NCBI GenBank assembly: GCA_050248795.1
Contig: JBFWRS010000001.1
Coordinates: 11,587 to 75,586 of the forward strand
Direction of reading: 5' to 3'
Source: Burkholderiales bacterium
Lineage (GTDB): Bacteria; Pseudomonadota; Gammaproteobacteria; Burkholderiales; SG8-39
DNA length: 64,000 nt
Part shown: positions 58,200-64,000 of the stretch, in pieces
Position numbering within the stretch: position 1 is the first letter of the stretch
Layout: the number at the start of each line of letters is the position of its first letter
Program-made: the position numbers and the translations under genes
Notes under the pieces: generated by a model
The model's database searches: none
What the model saw: only the letters and a program-made list of their open reading frames with translations
Told to the model about the DNA's origin: nothing

Positions 58200-59543
58200 A
58201 TGGTGAAGGCCTTCGATCTCATTGTCATCGGAACCGGGACCGCCGCTGCCACGGCCGCACACCGCTGCGCCAACGCGGGCTGGCGGGTGGCAGTGATCGA
58301 TCATCTGCCCTACGGTGGCACCTGCGCCTTGCGCGGCTGCGATCCCAAGAAGGTGCTCGTCGGCGTCGCCGAAGCGCTGGATCAAGCGCGCCGCATGAAC
58401 GGCAGGGGACTGAGCGGCGAGCCGTCGATCGACTGGCGGGCGTTGATGGCCTTCAAGAGAAGCTTCACCGAGCCGGTTCCGGAAAACATGGAGCAGAGCT
58501 TCCGTGAGAAGGGCATCGCGACCTACCACGGCCGGGCGCGCTTTGCCGGCCCGCGCACGGTAGAGGTGGGCGAAACTCTCGAGGGACGTTTCGTGCTCAT
58601 CGCCACCGGCGCCGAGCCCGTCAAGCTCGGCATTCCGGGCGAAGAGCATCTCGCCACGAGCACCCAGTTTCTGGAACTGGAGGAGTTGCCAAGGCGCATC
58701 GTGCTCGTCGGCGGAGGCTATATCGCCGCCGAGTTCTCGCACATCGCGGCACGGGCAGGAGCCGCGGTCACGATCCTGCAGCGTGGAGAGAGGATGCTGA
58801 AGCCCTTCGACGCCGACGTCGTCGCCTGGCTCACCGAGAAATCGCGCGAAATCGACATCGACATCCGCCTGAAGACAACCGTTCAGCGCATCGAAAAGAC
58901 CTCCCGTGGGCTTGTGGTCCAGACGGTAGCGGACGGAAAGCCGGAATCGTTCACCGCCGACCTGGTCGTGCATGCCGCCGGCCGCGTTCCCGATCTCGAT
59001 TCCCTGGATCTGAAGACGGCGGGCGTCGAAGCCACGCAAGGCCGGCTCGAGCTCAACGACTATCTGCAAAGCGTTTCCAACCCCGCCGTGTACGCGGCCG
59101 GCGATGCCGCAGCCAAGGGACCGCCGCTCACGCCCGTCTCCGCGCACGACGGGCGCGTTGCATCGGCGAACATGCTGAAGGGCAATCATCGAAAGCCCAA
59201 CTATCTCGGCGTGCCGAGCGTCGCCTTCACCATTCCTCCCATCGCCGCCGTCGGCCTGACGGAAGAGGCGGCGCGGGCGCAAGGGCTCAAGTTCCAGGCG
59301 CGCGCGCAGAAGGCTTCGAGCTGGTACACCGCGCGGCGCGTCGCCGAGCCGGCCTACGGGTTGAAGGTGCTCGTCGAAGACGGCACGGACCGCATCCTCG
59401 GCGCTCACCTCGTCGGGCCGCATGCAGACGAAGTGATCAACATCTTCGCCTTCGCGATCCGTTCAGGGCATACAGCCGGGGACCTCCAAGACACGATGTT
59501 CGCCTACCCCACCGGCGCCTCGGACATCGGATATCTGCTATGA
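58200..59543 (+). CDS. class-I pyridine nucleotide-disulfide oxidoreductase in the MerA position (short, MerA-like but lacking NmerA and the C-terminal Cys pair)
   Basis: GTGTAA FAD motif, redox-active GGTCALRGCDPKK, second dinucleotide fold VGGGYIAAEF. The C-terminal interface motif reads FAYPTGASD (Tyr where GR/LipDH have His). Only 3 Cys in total. Confidence 0.7.
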   Translation: MVKAFDLIVIGTGTAAATAAHRCANAGWRVAVIDHLPYGGTCALRGCDPKKVLVGVAEALDQARRMNGRGLSGEPSIDWRALMAFKRSFTEPVPENMEQSFREKGIATYHGRARFAGPRTVEVGETLEGRFVLIATGAEPVKLGIPGEEHLATSTQFLELEELPRRIVLVGGGYIAAEFSHIAARAGAAVTILQRGERMLKPFDADVVAWLTEKSREIDIDIRLKTTVQRIEKTSRGLVVQTVADGKPESFTADLVVHAAGRVPDLDSLDLKTAGVEATQGRLELNDYLQSVSNPAVYAAGDAAAKGPPLTPVSAHDGRVASANMLKGNHRKPNYLGVPSVAFTIPPIAAVGLTEEAARAQGLKFQARAQKASSWYTARRVAEPAYGLKVLVEDGTDRILGAHLVGPHADEVINIFAFAIRSGHTAGDLQDTMFAYPTGASDIGYLL

Positions 59544-59630
59544 GCGCGCGCCGTTCCTTGCCGGCCATGCATCCCTTAAGTTCTCGGCAGCAGTAGCGCC
59601 CGCTGGCACGCGACTTGCCCTGCGAGCCTC

Positions 59631-59936
59631 ATGCAGCCCACAACGCCAGGTCCGGTGGCCTGTCCGGTCGACGCCACCATCCAAGAGGCGGCACGCCTCA
59701 TGGCGGAGCACGACCGCACGGAACTGCCCGTCGTCGATGCTGATTCCAAGCCCATCGGCGTCATCAGCGAGCGCGACATTACCCGCAGGGCGGTAGCCGC
59801 CGGCAAGGTGCCGATCACATCCGTACGGCAGGTGATGTCGCCCTCCCCCGCCCCCGCTGGCGGCGCGCCCAACCCTGCTGTCGACGACGACGAGGGCGCC
59901 TGCTGTGGGATGCTTTCCGGGCGCCGCGGCCCATGA
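59631..59936 (+). CDS. short CBS-domain protein (atypical, possibly degenerate)
   Basis: CPVDATIQEAARLMAEHDRTELPVVD...IGVISERDI is one good CBS motif. The second motif is compressed (VRQVMSPSPAPAGG...AVDDDEGACCGMLS). ATGA overlap with the next gene. Confidence 0.5.
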   Translation: MQPTTPGPVACPVDATIQEAARLMAEHDRTELPVVDADSKPIGVISERDITRRAVAAGKVPITSVRQVMSPSPAPAGGAPNPAVDDDEGACCGMLSGRRGP

Positions 59937-61370
59937 AGCACGGCAACGCCGGCGTGGCCGGGCACGACCACGGGCAGATGCTGCGGGACGAGCATCTCTC
60001 CACGCTGTGGCCGCACTACGCAAATCTGCTGCTCGGGCTGTGGCTCGTGACGAGCCCGTTCGCCTTCGGCTACCTCGGCGAGTTCGTGCCCGACGAGAAT
60101 CTGCTGCGCGTCATGCGGGAGCGCGGCCTGCCGTCCTTCGAGTGGCGCAACCTCGCCATGACCTGGAGCGACGTGGCGAGCCTGAGCGCTTATCGTGCTC
60201 TTCAGCGCGCTCGCCGCCTCGCCCTCGCGGCGCTACCCATGGTCACAGTGGGCCTGCGCGGTGGTGGGTTTCTGGCTGCTCTTCGCGCCGCTCGTGTTCT
60301 GGACGCCGCTGCCGGTGGCTTACGCGAACGACACCATCATCGGCGCGCTGGTGATCGCTTTCGCCGTTCTCATTCCGATGATGCCGGGAATGAGCATGGC
60401 CGGCATGATGGGCGGCCCCGATCTTCCGCCGGGCTGGGCCTATACGCCCTCGAGCTGGCTGCAGCGGCTGCCGATCGCCGTGCTCGCCGTGGTCGGCATT
60501 CTCATCGCGCGCTACCTCACCGCCTACCAGCTCGGCCACACCGACCGCGCGTGGGATCCGTTCTTCGGCGACGGCACCGAGACCATCATCACCTCCGACG
60601 TGTCGCGCGCCTTCCCCATCCCGGATGCGGGCCTCGGCACGGTGGCCTACATCATGGAGCTCCTTATGGCGGTGATGGGCGACAAGCGCCGCTGGCGCAC
60701 CATGCCGTGGATGGTGCTCGGCTTTTTCGTGCTGGTCGTGCCGCTGGGCGGGGTGAGCATCGGCTTCATCATCATCCAGCCCATCATCATCGGCACCTGG
60801 TGCACGCTCTGCCTCATCCAAGCGCTCGCCATGGCGGTGATGATCCCCTACTCGCTCGACGAGTTCGTCGCCATGGGGCAGTTCATGCTGGACGCGCGGC
60901 GCAAGGGCAAGCCGCTCTGGCGGATCTTGTGGATGGGCGACGCGATGGAGGGCGGCAGGGAGGACCCGGCCAAGGAGTTCCGCGGCGCCCCGCGCGAGAT
61001 GTGGCGGGAGGCGGTGCGGGGGGTGAACGTGCCCGTGGCGCTCGCGCTCAGTATCGCGCTCGGCGTGTGGCTGATGTTCACGCGGCTCGTCTTCGGCAAC
61101 TCGGGCGCGATGGCGAACAGCGACCACCTGGTGGGCGCGCTGGTCGTCACGTTCGCCATCATTGCCTGGGCGGAAGTGGCTCGGCCGGTGCGCTTCATCA
61201 ACATCCCCTTTGGCCTGTGGCTGGTCGCCGCGCCGTGGCTGCTCGACGGCGCAGGCTCGGCGCTCGCCGCTGCCAACAGCGTCGTGTCCGGCGTCCTGCT
61301 CATCGCGCTCTCTCTGCCGCGCGGGCCGGTGCGCGATTCGTACGCCGGCTGGGACCACTATATCTTTTAG
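59933..61370 (+). pseudogene. SPW-repeat / vitamin K epoxide reductase (VKOR) family membrane protein with frame disruption near 60183-60195
   Basis: Frame 1 reads MKHGNAGVAGHDHG...LLLGLWLVTSPFAFGY...MTWSDVAS, then continues in another frame as ALIVLFSALAAS...FWLLFAPLVFW...GTWCTLCLIQ (VKOR CxxC). The span is 1438 nt, not a multiple of 3. Confidence 0.7.
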
Positions 61371-62380
61371 GAGGGACGGCCGCGGCGCAGGGCGAGCAGC
61401 GCCGCCCCGCCGAGCGCCGCGGCGAGCGCCGCCGTCTTGAGCGGATTCAGCCGGGCCCGCGTATAAGCGCTGCGCTCGAACACGTGCATGTCGGAGATGC
61501 CGCTGCGCTCCTCGCCGTCGTGGTCTGGGCGATAGAGATTGTTCTCCTCGCGCGGGCGGGCGGGCTGCCTGGTCCGCTGGAAGTACGGCATGGTCCAGCG
61601 CATGCCAAGGTCCGTCAGCCGCGGAAACAGCATGCCGAAGGTCGAGATCAGGCGTCCGCCGCCGCCCACGACGATGTCGCGCACGCGATACTCGGCCGCG
61701 TAGAGGATGGCATCAGCGACCAGCTCGGGCGCATAGACCGGCGGCGGGTTCTTCGGCTGCACGTCGAGGTAGTTCTTCGCGTGGCGCATGTACGGGGTAT
61801 CGATGGCGCTCGGCTTGATGAGCGAGACGGAGATCGGCAGCCGGTCGGTCTCGATCTCCATGCGCAGCGCGTCGGTGAATCCCTTGACGGCGTGCTTCGA
61901 GGCCGAATAGACGCCCTGAATGGGGATCACCCGGTCGGAAAGCACGCTGCCCACGTTCACGATGGCACCGCCGCGCTCGGCCAGATGCTGCGCGGCAACG
62001 CGCGAGCCGTTGACCACGCCCCAGTAGTTCGTCTCGAAGAGCCGCCGCTGGTCCTCGAGCGTCACCTCGAGCACCTTGCCATAGATGGAGACTGCGGCGC
62101 CGTTCACCCAGGTGTCGAAACCGCCATAGCGCTCCACCGCGATCTGCGCCGCCCGCTGTAAATCCGGCTCGACGGCCACGTCGGCTACCGCGTAGCTCGC
62201 TTCGCCGCCGCGGGCAAGGATGTCGTCGCAGATCTCGCGCAGGGCTTCTTCGTTGCGCGATACCAGCAGCACCTTTGCGCCGCGGCCGGCGGCCTTGCGC
62301 GCCGCCACGAGGTTGATGCCGCTCGACGCACCGGTGATGACGATGACCTGGTTCTTGAGGGGCTTGAGCTGGGTTCGCAT
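61367..62380 (-). CDS. SDR-family oxidoreductase with C-terminal membrane anchor
   Basis: Starts at ATG 62380 (MRTQLKPLKNQVIVITGASSGIN). Contains YSASKHAV (YxxxK) and a C-terminal hydrophobic LKTAALAAALGGAALLAL. Confidence 0.85.
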   Translation of the reverse strand: MRTQLKPLKNQVIVITGASSGINLVAARKAAGRGAKVLLVSRNEEALREICDDILARGGEASYAVADVAVEPDLQRAAQIAVERYGGFDTWVNGAAVSIYGKVLEVTLEDQRRLFETNYWGVVNGSRVAAQHLAERGGAIVNVGSVLSDRVIPIQGVYSASKHAVKGFTDALRMEIETDRLPISVSLIKPSAIDTPYMRHAKNYLDVQPKNPPPVYAPELVADAILYAAEYRVRDIVVGGGGRLISTFGMLFPRLTDLGMRWTMPYFQRTRQPARPREENNLYRPDHDGEERSGISDMHVFERSAYTRARLNPLKTAALAAALGGAALLALRRGRPS

Positions 62381-62482
62381 GGCCGCAACCGCGCAAGCGG
62401 CGTGCCGGCTAGAACAGCACGGCGACTCGGGCACGTCTCCTGCTGATACCCAGGTCGGGAGCTTGAGGTCCTCAACATTGGA

Positions 62483-63103
62483 GTGGATCAGGTGGCGGAC
62501 AGGCACGAAAGACCGGTCGGGCGCGGCAAAAGGCCCGGCATCCTCGGAGGAGCGGCAGGCGCGCTGGGGGTCGCCGTGCTGCTGGGCATCATAGGCTTGA
62601 TCGTCGTCTACAGCGGCGCCTATAACGTGGCGGCGACGGAGGACCACGCCTCGTTCGTCCGCTGGGCATTCGACACGACGTTTCAGAACTCCGTCGCGCG
62701 CCGCGCGCCGGAGCCGGAACAACCCTTGGCGATCACGCAGGAGGCGCTCGCAGCCGGCGCAAGCGCCTACAAGTCGACCTGCCAGCACTGCCACGCCGGC
62801 CCGGGCGCGGAGCGGGCCTCGTGGGCAAGCGGCATGCGGCCGCGGCCGCCGCACCTTGCCGAGGCGGCGGCGCGCTGGGAGATCTCCGAGGTGTTCTGGA
62901 TCGCGAAGCACGGCGTGAAGATGACCGGCATGCCGGCGTTCGGCCCGACGCACGACGACCGCACGTTGTGGAGCATTGCCGCGTTCGTCAAGCAGCTGCC
63001 GGCGATGACGCCGCAGGAATACGCGGCGCTCGGCGACCAGGCCGGGCACGGCAGCTCCGCCGGCGGATCGAGTGCGAGCCATGACGGGAAGGCGCGTCCA
63101 TGA
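62483..63103 (+). CDS. membrane-anchored c-type cytochrome
   Basis: N-terminal TM GALGVAVLLGIIGLIVVY, heme site CQHCH, distal GVKMTGMPAF. Confidence 0.8.
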   Translation: MDQVADRHERPVGRGKRPGILGGAAGALGVAVLLGIIGLIVVYSGAYNVAATEDHASFVRWAFDTTFQNSVARRAPEPEQPLAITQEALAAGASAYKSTCQHCHAGPGAERASWASGMRPRPPHLAEAAARWEISEVFWIAKHGVKMTGMPAFGPTHDDRTLWSIAAFVKQLPAMTPQEYAALGDQAGHGSSAGGSSASHDGKARP

Positions 63104-63555
63104 GCATGTCCTACTGGCGCTTCGCGGCGATGATCGCAACCTCGACCGTCGTCATGTACGGGCTCATGTATCTGAACACCTACGCCTACGAGCACGTGTT
63201 CTGGAGCGAGACCCGTGCGTGGATGGCGCTCGTGATGGGCGCGACGATGTCGGTCATCATGCTCGGCTACATGCTCGGCATGTACAAGAAGACGTCCCTG
63301 AACCTCGCGATCTTCGGCGGCTCGATCGCCGTCTTCGCGCTCGCGCTATGGCTCGTGCGAAGCCAGGCCACGGTGGACGACGTCGATTACATGCGCGCGA
63401 TGATTCCCCACCACTCGATCGCGATACTGACGAGCGAGCGCGCCCAGATTTCGGACACGCGCGTGCGCAAGCTCTCCAGGGAGATCATCGAGGCGCAGGA
63501 GCGCGAGATCGCCGAGATGAAGTACCTCGTGCGCGACCTGGAGGCGCGCGACTGA
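63100..63555 (+). CDS. DUF305-family membrane protein
   Basis: Three TM segments, then YMRAMIPHHSIAILTSE...IIEAQEREIAEM, typical DUF305 wording. ATGA overlap upstream. Confidence 0.75.
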   Translation: MSMSYWRFAAMIATSTVVMYGLMYLNTYAYEHVFWSETRAWMALVMGATMSVIMLGYMLGMYKKTSLNLAIFGGSIAVFALALWLVRSQATVDDVDYMRAMIPHHSIAILTSERAQISDTRVRKLSREIIEAQEREIAEMKYLVRDLEARD

Positions 63556-64000
63556 TGCGCTGGCGTCCCTGGCTGGCCATTGGGCTGCTCGCGGGATGCA
63601 CGCAGGCCGATGCGCCGGATGATGATCTGCAGGCGATTCACCCGCCTGAAATCGCGCGCATCGCGTCCGCCGGCGAAGCGCTTGCCGGCGCGCACGTCCC
63701 GACGCTCGATCCGAGCACGCTGAACGACGCCGAGATTGCCAAGTCGCTCAAAGAAGGCCCGCGCTGCGATTTTCGCTACACCACGGCGGGCGCGCCGGTC
63801 CTCGCCGTCCGCATGGAACCGAAGGGCGCGGCGGTCTCCGCCATCGTCAAGCTGAACGGCCACCTCGTCCCGCTCGAGCCCGCCCGCATCGAGTCCAGCT
63901 CGGGGCCGGGCGACCGGCTGCTGATCGTCTCGGAACCGGTTCGTATCGTGGTCCAGCCCGATCCCGCGGCGCCCAAGAGCGCACGCCCCGGCATTCAGCG
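63555..64000 (+). CDS. hypothetical lipoprotein, 3' end outside the window
   Basis: ATG 63555 overlaps the DUF305 stop. Lipobox LLAGCTQ. The frame is open to the window edge. Not listed in the track because it has no stop. Confidence 0.5.
   Translation, partial: MRWRPWLAIGLLAGCTQADAPDDDLQAIHPPEIARIASAGEALAGAHVPTLDPSTLNDAEIAKSLKEGPRCDFRYTTAGAPVLAVRMEPKGAAVSAIVKLNGHLVPLEPARIESSSGPGDRLLIVSEPVRIVVQPDPAAPKSARPGIQ

Noticed and set aside
57972-59423. 483-aa minus-strand ORF, and likewise 60243..61358 on the minus strand
   Set aside because: They run antisense to the MerA-like oxidoreductase and to the VKOR-family gene respectively, with no motifs.

Overview
High-GC proteobacterial chromosome segment. 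GC was 60-73% in the few 60-nt lines I counted by hand. Gene content and synteny suggest a betaproteobacterium, but that is inference only.

Positions 1-36.6 kb look core-like:
- the 3' part of boxB and an acyl-CoA ligase, plus several transporters
- yciB-bolA-ppiC and msrA
- a divergent ComA-like/sulfatase pair
- a complete cysE-iscR-iscS-iscU-iscA-hscB-hscA-fdx-iscX block, then trmJ/suhB
- a leaderless S8 peptidase, a Rieske oxygenase, an HD-GYP regulator and a flavin monooxygenase
- an AhpD/CMD-family gene that I read as a selenoprotein, because it has an in-frame UGA at the CxxC position and a SECIS-like hairpin
- a tightly coupled sodB-led operon of poorly characterised redox/Fe-S proteins, including a ferredoxin-IscA fusion

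At about 36.6 kb the character changes:
- 36.6-37.3 kb is a 750-bp gene-free stretch carrying a repeated 12-mer and a 17-bp inverted repeat.
- 37.3-39.3 kb is a lower-GC (about 48-52% in counted lines), 5'-truncated AAA_13/RloC-like ATPase.
- 39341-40583 is an IS3-family element. It has no target-site duplication and sits between two truncated, unrelated genes.
- 40.6-64 kb is a metal-resistance mosaic:
  - a Cu operon with two cusF genes, an L,D-transpeptidase, a cupredoxin, a multicopper oxidase and TolC
  - a HlyD/ABC-2 exporter and an ftsH paralog
  - an HMA protein and a Csp-like protein
  - a non-canonical mer operon
  - an SPW/VKOR protein, a c-type cytochrome and a DUF305 protein

Three genes in the mosaic have disrupted reading frames. 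I found none in the core part. I recognised no rRNA, tRNA or CRISPR array. All family assignments come from motif recognition by eye, not from database searches.
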